The notes beneath the pieces were generated by a model. It did not search any database and was not told the DNA's origin. It worked only from the letters and a program-made list of their open reading frames with translations. From Cetorhinus maximus (taxonomy: Eukaryota), in contig NC_135892.1 of assembly GCF_964194155.1 (NCBI RefSeq), positions 92,318,001 through 92,382,000 on the forward strand: a stretch of 64,000 bases of DNA. The letters are read 5' to 3'. Below, one piece after another: positions 51,983 to 64,000 of the stretch; within the stretch, counting starts at the first letter, position 1, and the number at the start of each line of letters is the position of its first letter. A program made the translations under genes and the position numbers.

Positions 51983-52767
51983 TTAAGTAAAAGCAAAATA
52001 TTGCAGATGCTGGAGATCTGAAATAAAAACCGAAAGCGCTGGAAAAAAACTCAGCAGGTCTGGCAGCATCTCCCTGTTGGGGTGGGGGGGTTGTGTGGGA
52101 GCGGGCGCAGGTGTGCATGGCTGGGCACTGCCATTTTACATGGGTGGGCCAATTAAGGCCCACCCAGCATGACGCACACCCGGAAGCGCTGAGCGCTCCC
52201 TGTGTTGGCGGGGTGGGGATGGGCTGCCTGAATCAGGCAGTGCGCTCTTTCGCGCATGTATGCAAAAGAGTGCAGAAATCTCCCTGAGGCACAGAGCTGC
52301 CTCAGGGAGATTAGTTTAAGTTTAAAAAATTTTAAAATAGGGAAACATTTTTTTTTAGGACATGTCCCCTCATGTGAAACTGTCTATGAATTTTATTAAA
52401 AATTTTTTCAAACCTTTTAAAACCTTCATGAAGCCTCGTCCCGCCCGTGGATGAGGTTCCATGAAAAATGCGAAGGCCGCCTGGGCTCTTCGCCTGCCCG
52501 CCAACCTTAAGGTTGGATGGGCAGCTCAGTTTATTGTTTTAATTGATAGTTAACTGGCCTTAATAGGCCTTTGACAGTTCGGTGGGCGCACAGCCGACTC
52601 GGGTGCGTACCTGCTGAACTGAAAATCTGAATGATGCGCGGTGACATTGGGACGCACGCCCGATGTCACCGTATGTCATTTTACCCCTCGGTGAGCGAGC
52701 CCCACCCCCCCTTGCCGAGCCGAAGATTCTGCCCAATGTTTCGAGTCTGATATGACTCTTCTTCGGA
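51983..52767 (-). mobile_element. Short Penelope-like element flanked by a 14-bp direct repeat and interrupted by a Harbinger MITE (about 52072-52734)
   Basis: ACAGTCTAAAACAG at 51969-51982 and 52768-52781; hammerhead-like core at 52735-52769(-); MITE ends AAGATTCTGCCC. Confidence 0.72.
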
Positions 52768-55309
52768 ACAGTCTAAAACAGATTGCACCATTTCACATCT
52801 TTTAAGTCTCATTTATTTCTAGTTCTTGTTTTCTGTGAAAATGTTCCCTGTTTTGTACATCACCATTAAAAATGATCTTGAGTTTGCTTGATGGCTCAGT
52901 TTCCGCATGAACTGCTCACTGGTGGTACAAAGACCCATGGATTATCTAGTCATTTACCTAATTTGTTATTTGTGGGACCTTGCTGTGTGTAAACAGGCTG
53001 CCATGTTTGCCTACAACACAACTGACCAATTAATTAATTAATTAATTACAAAATACCTTGTACATCTGGAGGCTGGAAAGATACTAGATAAATACATTTT
53101 TTTTAACAGGCCTGTAAGGTCCCAGGTGTAAACCATGTTCTGTGCTAAATTAGCTAATTTATGTAGGATGGCAAAAAAAACACAATAACCAATCTATCAT
53201 GGCCCACATAGAAGTACAAGGGCAGCAACATGAGAACACCATCTCCTGCAAGTCCCTCTCCAAATCACACACCATCCTGACTTAGAACCATAGAACCGTG
53301 GAAAAATTACGGCATATCAAAGAGGCCATTCAGGCCATTGTGTCTGCACCAGCTGAAAAAAAAAACTATCTGCCCGTTCTAATCCCACATTCCAGCACCC
53401 AGTCCATAGCCTTGCAGGTTACAGCACTTCAGGTGCAGACTTGGAACTATATTTGTTCCTTCCCTGTTGCTGTATCCAAATCCTAGAACCACCTGTGGGT
53501 GTGCCTACACCACATGGGCTACAGCGGTTCAGGAAGGTGACTCACCACCACCTTCAAGGGCAATTAGGGACAGGCAATAAACGCTGACATTGCCAATGAG
53601 GATCACATCTCAAGAACACTATCCAGTAAGCTCAACGGAACTACGATGATGAGTAGGAACTTTTAGGCTGAGAGTTGGATGAGGACAGGATCCTTTTTAA
53701 TGTTTTCTACCATTGATGAGCATCCACTTGTCACCGTTTATATTTGAACATTATGAGGCATCAAGGACTAAGGGGAGAGTGCAGGAGTACGGCATTGAGA
53801 TAAAAGATCAGCCATGATCATATTGAATGGCAGAGCAGGCTCGAAGGTCCGAATGACCTACTCCTGCTCCTAATTTCTACGTTTCTATGAAAGGCTAGTC
53901 AGCTAAGGTAGCAGAGGACAGCCAGTGCCAGTGCGCCTGCAACCCAAGACACTTATGCTCACTGGTGTGATGCTCTGTCTTATTTTGCCTCCCTTCCTCC
54001 CATCATCTGAATAAGGAACTGCTTGGCCTCCGTTCAATACTTTTCCACAGAATAGAGGTCAGACAATCACGGCACGGGGTATCATGGATAGAAATTATTA
54101 CAAAGAACATTCTTAATGAATTCATTATAATAATCTGGATAACTATAATTGAAACAATAAATTGTTTAGTATTTCAAATTTCACTTGGTCTCTGACATTT
54201 GTTAAAATGAATAGGCAATGCACAACCAATTTAACGGCTGACTGAGCATCCTGAAGTCATTAATGTCCCTACGACAAGTGGTGTACTCATGTTGATGATG
54301 AACCAGACTTTCTTATATAGATCAGACTGGATAAAGTAGGGTTTTTACTAACTATATCATGTGAAACATTCTGCAATAAGTTGGTTTAAATTTATAACGA
54401 AACATACCTTAGCAAGAATAGAGCTTTTGTGATAGGATGTTTAAGCTGCAGTACATGAAGGAGATTCCACTGTGCAAAATAATTAATATGCGTCAGGTAA
54501 TAATGGACAACATCTTTCAAGAGTGTCAGTGTTGCCCGTAAGGTAAAATGGTGTGTGTGTGTGTGAATGTCACTGGTGCTGGTAGTGAGCGACTAAGCAG
54601 TTTGAAGTGATTAATTTAGAATATAATTCAAGAAACGTGTAACTCAACGTTAAAAGATTGTAAGTGAAATTTTAACAATAATTTATTTGTTAAATACGTC
54701 ATGACATCAGGGAGTGTGCTATTAATAAATATGAAAAGTAAATTGCAACAATACAGGCATAGACAACACAGCTGCAGCTTTCTCTCCAGAGCATCAATAA
54801 TTATGCCGAGGGCGCTGTTTTTTAATTTATTCAAGGCCTTCATGCAATTATTTTTTTCTATTTGGTCCCTTCAGTTTCTTGAGATGTACTCTTGCTGGTT
54901 CCACAGGTTTTGGGTACATCATTCAAAATGGCCATTCTTGGAATGTCAGCCTTGCCAGTAAAGGAATAAGTGTCCCTGAAGTTTTCCCAACTGTGGGTCA
55001 TTTTCCAAGGTTTCTACAGAGTCGTCTTAAACTGCCTTAGCCTAAGACCAGAATCATAGTTGGTTGATCAGGAAAACTGTGAAGAAATTCACAACCTCAG
55101 CCACTTTAGCCATGGCGACATATTATTGCTGAGGCTGATTCTGTCCTTGAACTATATCCACATAGGGTTTCTTCCCTGATCACTATCCAGAGTAATTTTG
55201 TTTTCTATTCTAGGGACACTGAGTTCAGTTTTAGAAACCCTAAGTAACTCAGCACACACCACAATCAAACTATGTTTGTTCCCACATCTGAAATATTTTT
55301 AATGATGCT

Positions 55310-56040
55310 CACCCTGACTCAGTGATAACGCTTCTGCCCCTGTTAGAAAATCATGGGTTTGTGGCCTCACTCCAGAGAGTTGAACAACTAATCTAAACTG
55401 ACATCTCAGTGCAGCCCTGCAGGAGTGCTGCCCTCTCTTGAGTTGCCAACTTTTGGATGAGGCATTAATTCAAGGTCCTTTTTTTCATTTGTGCATGGAA
55501 TGTGGGTGTCACTAGCTAGGCCAGCATTTATTGCCCATCTCTAATTGCATTTTAAGAGTCAACCACATTGCTGTGGGTCTGGAGTCCTAAAGGACATTAG
55601 TGAACCTGATTACTATTTTTTTTAACGACAATCGGCAATGGTTTCGTGGTCATAATTAGACTTTTAATTCCAGGTTTTTATTGAATTCAAATTTCACCAT
55701 CTGCTGTGGTGGGATTTGAACCTGGGTCCCCAGAGCATTACCCTGGGTCTCCAGAATACCGGTCCAGTGACAATACCACCATGCCACCACCTCCCCCAAG
55801 ATGTGATGTGCTATCACACATAAATGAAAAAGGTCCTAAGGCACTTTTCTCTAAGAATGTGAGGTATTTTGGCCAACATTAATCCCACAGACACCACCAA
55901 AAGTAAATTATCCTGTCAATAATTGGATTGTTGTTTGTGAGATCATGCTGTGCACAAATTGGCTGCTTGAATTACAAGAGTGACCACACTTCAAAAGTCC
56001 TTCATTGGCTGTAAAGCACTTGGGGATGTCCTGCAGTTGT
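55310..56040. mobile_element. SacSINE1-like SINE (+) interrupted by another short retroposon (about 55480-55795, -)
   Basis: SINE head and body split around a block ending ggtgggatttgaacctgggtccccagagcatta..ccagtgacaataccac. Confidence 0.55.
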
Positions 56041-57849
56041 AAGGTTCTTGTGTTTTTGACAGCCTTGGTCTCTATTAAGGTGTAAGGAATAAGCTATCTT
56101 AAAGGGTTCTCTTGAATGCCATTATATTTCTGTGCTTAGAGTTACAGGGTAATGCTTAGGGTCAGAATAGCAATTTTCAGTAACGTCATAGATGATATCA
56201 GAAAACAAGCAGAAGGGAGGGTAAATATTATACATAAAATACAGTAGAAGGCACTTCAAAATGTCATTGATTTTTTTATGAAGCTAGAACAATTTTGAAA
56301 TGTTAAAGTCAAATTTGGAATAAGGTGATCTTTCTTTAAGGTTTCAGAATTACTGCTGAGGCTGAATGAAATACTTAGATTTGATTTGTTCTTAGGGATG
56401 GGTACGAAGTAGGTGGATTAATATTTGCTTTCCCTTATGATTGAAAATGAAAATTCACAAAATAATGGAAGCCACTTACTCTTTCTTCTCACAATCCCAC
56501 ATCAAATTGTCTAATTGCTTCTTGAACGATTGCAAAGATTTTTCCTCTCCAAGCCAGAAATTAATGGAAAATCAGTGGCAATACTGCTGTGGCCATTTTC
56601 AGGAGACCCTATGGGAATAAGTCCCAATTGGGCATTTACCTTCTCACCATTGGGCTTCCTGGCTCCTGTGAGGATAATTTACCTCCAGAGATTCTGGTGT
56701 GGGGTGGATAGCCCACCCTGAAGAGCTGCAGGACAGTCAGAGGCTGGCAGCTCTCCAGTATTGGCAGCACGGCCTAAATCAGTGATCAATGATGGAGTCC
56801 AAATAAAGGTGAGTAGAGCCAGATCACCGGGGCCAGATATGAAGCCCCCAGCGAGGTCGGGGGGTGGGGTTGTTGATTTGAAGGTCATGAGAGGTCTTAC
56901 GCTGGGTTCCTCCCTTCTGCTAGTGGGTGCCTCCATCAGGCACGGTGTGACCTGTAAGGAGAAAGCTCCTTCCTGGGCACCAGACCTAACCATAGATATT
57001 CTTGCCTCCAGGCAGGAAGGCTGTCTTTGAGCCTTCCTGCCCTGGACTTGTTCGGAGGGAGGTGGGAAGGGGGTGGGATCTCCACCCTGCACCTTCTACC
57101 TAATCACACTGCCTCTCGATTCCAAACCCTGCCTATGGAGGCCATTAAATCCCACCCTAGGAATTAATCATTGGTCAGGCAGCAGGGCAAGTTCCAATAT
57201 CAAACAAGAGAAAGCCCCATTAACATATCCAAATGTGGCCAAAGTGGAGCCAGGATGTTACCTCAATTTTGTACCTTTAGTTCCCCATTTGCTAGTCCTT
57301 GTTCCTACCCACAAACCATGGGGAAATCACTGAAGGCAAGGGCTTCTTTTAAATATCTGAAAGGTTCATCTGCTGATATCATCTACTACTCTGAAATGAA
57401 GAACCCTAACGGCATTGTGTGAAGGTGGGAGGCAAGAAGGTTTTTCATGAGCTTATTGTCGCAAAGAGGCTAGATTTTTGTCCCTTAGACACGTTGCTGC
57501 AAACCCCACCAACTTCAGCTACTTGGAGGAATGGGAGGAGGAGAAAGGACACAGTCATTCAGTGGGAGGGCCAGGATGTGCTAGGGAACTTACCCACACC
57601 TGCCCTTGCCCTCCCAACTAAGCAGAACATTCTTGCACTTAACTGAAAAGGAGTGAAGAAAGAGGCACAGCTTCTCAAGGAAGCAGTAGCATATTGCGTC
57701 ATCTGGTCCAGGATGACTCTCAGCCAATTTCCAGGACTAATACTCATGTGAAGAATGAATATCACCACAGACTGGATGGCCCAAACAACCTATTTCCATA
57801 CAATAGTTTCTTTCTAATATACTTTTGATAAAATAATGGACAGACTTTT

Positions 57850-58770
57850 TTTTTATTCGTCCATGGGATATGGGCATCCCTGGCATTGCCAGCAATTATT
57901 GCCAATCCTTAATTGCTCTTGATAGAAGGTGGTGATGAATTGCCTTCTTGAACCACTGCAGCCCATGTAGTGCAGGGACATTCACAGTGCAGCTGGGGAG
58001 TGAATTTCAGGTTTCTGATCCAGCGACAGTGAAGCAACAGTGATATATTTCCAAACTAGGATGGCGTATGGCTTGGAGGGGAACTTGCAGTTGGTGGTGT
58101 TCCCAAGTGTCTGCTGCCCTGATTCTTTTGGGGGCGTCCATGGAGCTTGGGGGTTTAGGTTGTAGGTTTGGTGGGTACTGTGATAAGAGCTTTGGTGATT
58201 GCTACAGTACATCTCGCAGATGGTACACACTGCAGCCACTGTGCACTGGTGGTGGAGGGACTGAATGTTTCAGGTGGTAGATGTGGTTCCAATCAAGCGG
58301 GCTGCTTTAGCCTGGATAGTGTTGAGCTTGTTGAGTGTTTTGCAGATATCACTCATCGAGGCAAGTGGGGAGTATTCCATCACACTCCTGACTTGCGCTT
58401 TGTAGATGGTTGATGTAGTATAAGGGTTTGGCACATAAATAGTTAACGTAGGACTAAGTACAGTACTGTCCACACAGTGATGTAAGAGAACACCCATGCA
58501 CCTAGGGGTCAGTGTAGTGTTGGGCAGAGCCATGTGTAGAAGCAAGCATGGAGGCAGCTCCCAGCTTGGACCTTTACTGTACCTATGTATATAGTTTCTA
58601 GTAGTTAATACATACTTACTGTTGAACCACCTAAGACTACAAATACCTTCATAAGGCCTACTGAACTACACCCAACACCTTACAACAGTGAAAAGGCTTT
58701 GGAAAGTCAGGAGGTGAGTTACTCACCACAGAATTCTCAGCCTCTGGCCTGATCTTGCAGCCACTGGTCT
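57850..58770 (-). mobile_element. CR1-like LINE 3' portion interrupted by a solo LTR
   Basis: ORF 58270..58545(-) TIYKAQVRSVMEYSPLA..LNTIQAKAARLI; same family as 15150-16085. Confidence 0.78.
58411..58687 (+). mobile_element. Probable solo LTR (277 bp)
   Basis: TG...CA ends with short inverted termini TGATGTAG / TTACAACA; interrupts the LINE sequence; no clean TSD. Confidence 0.6.
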
Positions 58771-59134
58771 CTGAGACTTGTGGAATTTAATCCCAAAGCA
58801 CCAGGGTAATATGATTTAATAAAAACTGACCTTTTACAGGTCAGTTACCTTGTACATGGAATTAGATAACCTCTATTCCAAAATAGCAAATCTTCTGACT
58901 CACTGTAAGCAATACCATGGTCATTTATGAATGTTTGAGAAAAGATAGCCAAAACCAATAAAGATGAGTTGAAAATTGATTTCTTCTCAAGTCTTGGAAG
59001 TTTAAATTCTTTTTTTAAAACAGACAGGCATTTAGTGTCATTTATTTAAACCTTTTTTCACCTTTTGAATGGAGTGATTGACAAAACTGATCCACACAAA
59101 TTGTGTATTATGGTGAAATGTTCTAACACTGAAC

Positions 59135-60090
59135 GATAAGAAATAGGAGCAGGAGTAAACCATATGCCCCCTCAAGCCTGCACCACGATTCAATACAATC
59201 ATGACTGATCTGCTGCCTCAGCTCTGCTTTCCTGCCCACTCTCCACATCTCTTGGTTCCCTGAAAGATCAAAATCCATCCATCACAGCATTAAATCTACT
59301 TAATGATGCAGCATCCATAATCTTCTGGGGCAGACAATTCCAAAGATTCACAACCCTTTTATTGAAGAAATTTTTCCCCTTCTCTGTGCTAAATGATCAA
59401 CCCCTTAACCTCCGTGTTTTAGATCCCTCAGCCTGGTGAAACAACCTCTTAGTGTCTACCTTGTCAAGCCCCTTCAGAACCCTAAATGTTTCAATAAGAT
59501 CACCTCTTATTCATCTGAGCTCCACAGAACCATAGAAAAGTTACAGCACAGAAGGAGGCCACTTGGCCCATCTTGTCCATGCCAGCCCGAGGACACCCAG
59601 GTGCCCTTTCTAATCCCACCTTCCTGCACCCGGCCCATAGCCCTGCAGTTTACAGCACTTTAAGTGCAGATCCAGATACTTTTTAAAAGAGTTTAAAGTT
59701 TCTGTCTCTACCACCAACTTGGGCAGCGAATTCCAGACACCCACTACCCTCTGCGTAAAAATGTTCTTCCTCATGTCCCCCCTACACCTTCTGCCACTTA
59801 TCTTGAATCTATGTCCCCTGGTTCTAGAATTCTCCATCAAGGGAAACAATATAGGTCCAATTTACTCATCCTCTCATCATAGGGCAACCCTCTTATCCCA
59901 GGAATCTATCTAGTGAACCTTTGCTCTGCTGCCTCCAAGGTAAATATATCCTTCCTCAGATATGGAGACCAAAACTGTGCACAGTACTCCAGATGCGGTC
60001 TCACCAAAGCCCTGCATAATTATAGCAAGACTGCCTTATTCTTGTGCTCCAATCCCTTTGCAATAAAAGCCAACATGCCATTTGCTTCTT
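59135..60090 (-). mobile_element. Nested CR1 3' ends; a younger copy (about 59525-59850) sits inside an older one
   Basis: ORF 59610..59849(-) RTRGHRFKI..FTQRVVGVWNSLP; flanked by an older CR1 3' end on both sides. Confidence 0.8.
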
Positions 60091-60094
60091 TAAT

Positions 60095-60525
60095 CAGCAA
60101 TGGTTCAGTGGGTGCAATCTTGCCTTTGAGTCACAAGGCTCTGGGTTTAAGGGCTTGAGCACATAAATGTAGGCTGACATTCGAGTGCAGTACTGAGCGA
60201 GTGCTGCATTGTTGGAGGCCATCTTTCAGATGAGATGTTAAATTGAGGCCCTTTCTGACCTCTCAGATCCCCCGGCACTATTTTGAAGAAGAGCAGGCGA
60301 GTTATCCCCAGTGTCCTGGCCAATATCTATCCCTTATTCAACATAAAATACAGATTGTCTGGTGATTATCACATTGCTGTTTGTGGGAGCTTGCTGTACA
60401 AATTGGATGCAGTGTTTCCTACACTACAACAGTGACCACACATCAAAAAGTACTTCATTGCCTGAAAAATGTTTTCAGGCACCCGTTGGTCATGAAAAGC
60501 ACCATATAAATGTAAGTCTTTCTTT
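60095..60525 (+). mobile_element. SacSINE1-like Deu-domain SINE
   Basis: tRNA-like head tggttcagtggg, body aggctgacattc.agtgcagtactgag.gagtgctgca..gagatgttaaa, tail ataaatgtaagtctttcttt. Confidence 0.72.
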
Positions 60526-63277
60526 TAATTGCTTGCTGTACTTGCATGTTAATTTTCTGGCTGAGATTTTCTGTCCATGAGGGTTGTGAACCTGAAACTG
60601 AGGCCAGTTCTGGGCCTTAACCCCGCGTGACATGTTCCAGGCATGGCCCATCTGGATTCTTAAAGGACCAGGCCAATTAATGGCAAGGAGTGGGGCTCAC
60701 CACCCAATTAAGGAGGTGGGTGGCTTCCCAAGGATGGAGCGCCAATGGAGGCCCTCCAGCACAGACACCGGCCAAGGTGGAAGCTGCTGATTCATGATGG
60801 TGAGAGACAGAGAGAGCACAAAAGATGAAATGGTTAGCTATTAAAAACTTAAGAGGGCCACAGCTGCCTGGCTGTGATTCTGGAGGGACAACTGCTCCAT
60901 CAGACAGCCAGAGACTGCTGCTGCAGCTCGGCAGCCCTGCTATGAGTGGGGGGCCCTTTGCTGGATTAATCATAGCCCACACCCACCCTGTCCCAATGTG
61001 CACCCACTGTGGTTGCCTGCCAATGCCTCTTGCCTGCATTGCTGACTGGAAACCCTGTAATTGTCCCTAATTTCCCTCAGTTGGCTACCTGCTCCTTGCT
61101 GGTAGCCAGCCAATCTGGCCTTGAGCTGGCTTTTCCAAAAATGGCTTGGGATTGAGATTGTGGCACCAAACTGGCATGACAGCCAGTAACGTGAAATTAC
61201 GAGCGGCACCTCCAATCCAACCCCAATCTGCTTCTAAATTTCAGCCCTCTGTGCTCCTTGTACAAATATACCAAAATCACTCTGAATCAACATTTAAAAG
61301 TTTCAAGCCTTTTAAAAAATATTCTGCTTTTCTATTCTTGCTCCCAAAGTAAATAATCTCATACTTCCCCACTTAAACTCCATCTGCCACTTTGTTGCCC
61401 ATTCACCTAACCTGTCTATATCTCTTCGCAGCCTCTTTGTATCCTTCTCACAGCTTACATTCCTATCTAGCTTTGTACCATTAATCTAAGGGCCACAAGC
61501 TATAAATTGGAAAGTCAGGAGTAAGAAAGGAAGCCCAGGTATAACGGTTTTTACATTAAGGATTTTGAGCTTGTTGATTAAGTTATCAGCAAAAGTAATT
61601 GATGCAAATGGCATAAATGGATGCAAGAGGCAACTGAAAAGTGAAGGCATTGAGGGATGTGATGAGAGGAAGTAAGGTTGATCTATGGAAAAGGAATGTA
61701 TTGCTGGGTCCAATGGTCCTTTCTAGGCCCTGGATTCCAGTAGACTCTGGACACTTCCATAACTGTTTCTGGCGCTTTTTTGTGGTTATATGGTAGCGGA
61801 TATCCATTCTCCCAACCTACCAGAGGCCAAGCATTCTGTCTCAGTTTCACACTGTGGCTGGTTGTGATTAGCAACTCCACATGGGAGGAAAGCAGTGCTG
61901 AAATGTCAGCAGGTATTGTAATTTACATTCGGGTTGTCTAGTTCAAAGTGCAAGGTACTAATTTGTCATGACAATGACCCACTGCAGTCATTCATTGAAG
62001 GAAGGACAGACTTGAGTTCACTCTGAGGCCAATGATTTAGAGCTGATTAGTCACACAAATTACACATTACTTTAAGTCACCTTAAGTAACATTTACAAAT
62101 TATATTTGAGGCAATAAAATACAAATATTATGCTGTAGTAGTTTTTGTTAAATTGTCTGTGATTTGAAGTGCTAATGGCATATCAAAGATAATATCTACA
62201 GAGTGGTTTGCAGAGAGACTGTTTGTGACATTCCAAATTGCATGTGAATTGGTGAAATGGGATATAACACCAATGTGTCAGCAATCTACTTGAAGTAATT
62301 ATAAGGAGATCAATAAGGCTAAGGGCTGAAGGATTTAAGGCTTCATAAGTTAAGGAACTTTACGGTGTGATTGCTTTGCAAGGTCATGTTATTCCCACAA
62401 TATAAGAACATTACGACAATTCTTTTGATAACAGGTGAAAAACTTCTTCAATTCAGCCTGAGGCCTATGAAAGCAAAAATTCTAGGGACATGAATTAAAG
62501 AGGACAACAGTAAAGAGGACAACAGAAGAAAGCAGTTCTTCCCCCTTCAAATTGTTAGGTAAAATTATGAATTGCCTGATCACTAGCCAGTGATTTTTGC
62601 TGGAAAGTGAATGCTTGTGGACATTGAGTGGGGATTGGATTGAGCATGATTGTGATGCCTTCCATAGTTAAATAGACCACCTGTTTGGACTCATGCATGA
62701 AGAGCGACCACTTGGGCAATGCTCTGATATGTGGCCAACACCTGTGAAACTGTACCACCCTCAGGAAGAGACACATTTGAAGAAAATAAAAATCTAAGCT
62801 GTCTGGACTTACTGTCTAAAATTCATCCAGAAGCCAAAACCTCAGTGGAATAGATTCAGGCAAATTGAGTTAAAGTTGAGAATATTCACATTAGAATACT
62901 ATAAAGTTGAAAACAAAATTCAGTTTTATACTCATATGCTTACATGATAATACATTACTCTCGACTTCAGACTATGGGCAGGCTGATGTGGAAGAAATCC
63001 AAAGACACCTGTCTTTGCCTAATGCTGACCTTCTTCAGTTAAAAGAAAAATATGCTTGGCTTTTTTTTTGTTTCCTTAAGAGATGATTCCAGAGATGTTC
63101 TGGTACTCCAAGCCAAAGAGGACATCTTAGCATTCAAAGCATAGCTACAAATTCCCTTCTAAAATATATGATATAGGACTAGAGGGAATGGTATTGAAAT
63201 TTGCAGGTGATTCCAAAACAGTAGGCATAGTGAATTCGACAGAAGACCAAAGGAAGCTGTTAAAGGACATCACTGAC

Positions 63278-63422
63278 CTGCAGCACCTGACATCCCATTC
63301 ACACCTGGAACAGAGGAATCAGTTTCTAGCATCTCTTCAGGGAAACTGGAATCTTTACTCAGATAGGCTTTGCCGCCTCCACCTGCTGCTATCAGTAATG
63401 GTATTGGTTCTCCATTTTCCAT
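63278..63422 (-). CDS. ALK: ALK exon equivalent to human exon 15 (glycine-rich/TNF-like region), [49 protein letters not shown]
   Basis: AG acceptor (plus ct 63423-63424) and GT donor (plus ac 63276-63277); 145 nt; [10 protein letters not shown]..NGxSGAAG motif of the ALK/LTK ectodomain. Confidence 0.93.
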
Positions 63423-63484
63423 CTGGAATATTTCAGGGATGCAAGCACAATTTTTAAATACAGTTAAATAAAACATCAAACATT

Positions 63485-63990
63485 TGTTGCACAGAAGGAG
63501 ACCATTCAGCCGATTGTGCGTGTGCTGGCCTAAAATGAGCTTTGCAGCCTCATTCCACTTTCCAGCTCTTGGTTTGTAGCCCTGCAGATTACAGCACATA
63601 TCCTAGTATTTTTTTTAAATGCAGTGAGGGTTTCTGCCTCTACCACCCTTCAAGCAGGGAGTTCCAGACCCTCACCACCCTCTGGATGAAAACAATTATC
63701 CTCAAATCCTCTCTAATCTTTCTGCCAATTCTATCAAAACCATCCATAATTTTGAACACCTTTATGAAATCTTCTCTTAACCTTCTCTGCTTTAAGGACA
63801 GCAATCCCATTTTCTCTAGTCACTCCACATATCTGAAGTCCTTCGTCCCTGGTACCATTCCAGTAAATCTCCCCTGCACTTGCTCTAAGAATTTGACATC
63901 CTTCCTAAAGTGCAGTGCCCATAATTAATGACAACACTTCAACTAAGGCCTAACTGGTGTTTTTAGGTGTTTGGTGTAACTTCATTGCTT
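63485..63990 (-). mobile_element. CR1 LINE 3' end
   Basis: Reverse complement of the CR1 C-terminus and 3' UTR; same blocks as 5262-5905 and 59525-59850. Confidence 0.78.
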
Positions 63991-64000
63991 TTTTACTCTA

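Noticed and set aside
60095-60160. tRNA-like sequence
   Set aside because: Degenerate SINE head without a cloverleaf, followed by SINE body; not a tRNA gene.

Overview
Eukaryotic intronic DNA. The repeat landscape (HER1/CR1-type LINEs, SacSINE1-like SINEs, GC-rich Harbinger MITEs) points to a cartilaginous fish, probably a shark; this is an inference. The only host gene is a minus-strand ALK receptor tyrosine kinase. Nine GT-AG exons matching human ALK exons 15-23 could be spliced in frame by hand (145, 183, 99, 153, 99, 187, 91, 65 and 130 nt). They encode the glycine-rich, EGF-like, transmembrane, juxtamembrane and N-lobe kinase regions, and the gene continues beyond both window edges. The rest is mostly transposon debris: three decayed PIF/Harbinger elements (Myb-like gene, with a convergent HARBI1-like transposase in two of them), many related MITEs, CR1 LINE fragments, SINEs, a Gypsy gag-pro remnant, a solo LTR and short Penelope-like elements with hammerhead-ribozyme-like cores. 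The most notable observations are: a shared AC-NNN-GT target frame for the Harbinger insertions; two MITEs inserted at the predicted cleavage triplet of hammerhead-like motifs; inverted MITE pairs bracketing kinase exons 22 and 23; LTK-like residues within this ALK; and a very large intron 21. Most ORFs in the supplied track are spurious or transposon fragments. I found no prokaryotic-type system and no CRISPR array. Repeat boundaries were read by eye and are approximate unless a TSD is quoted.
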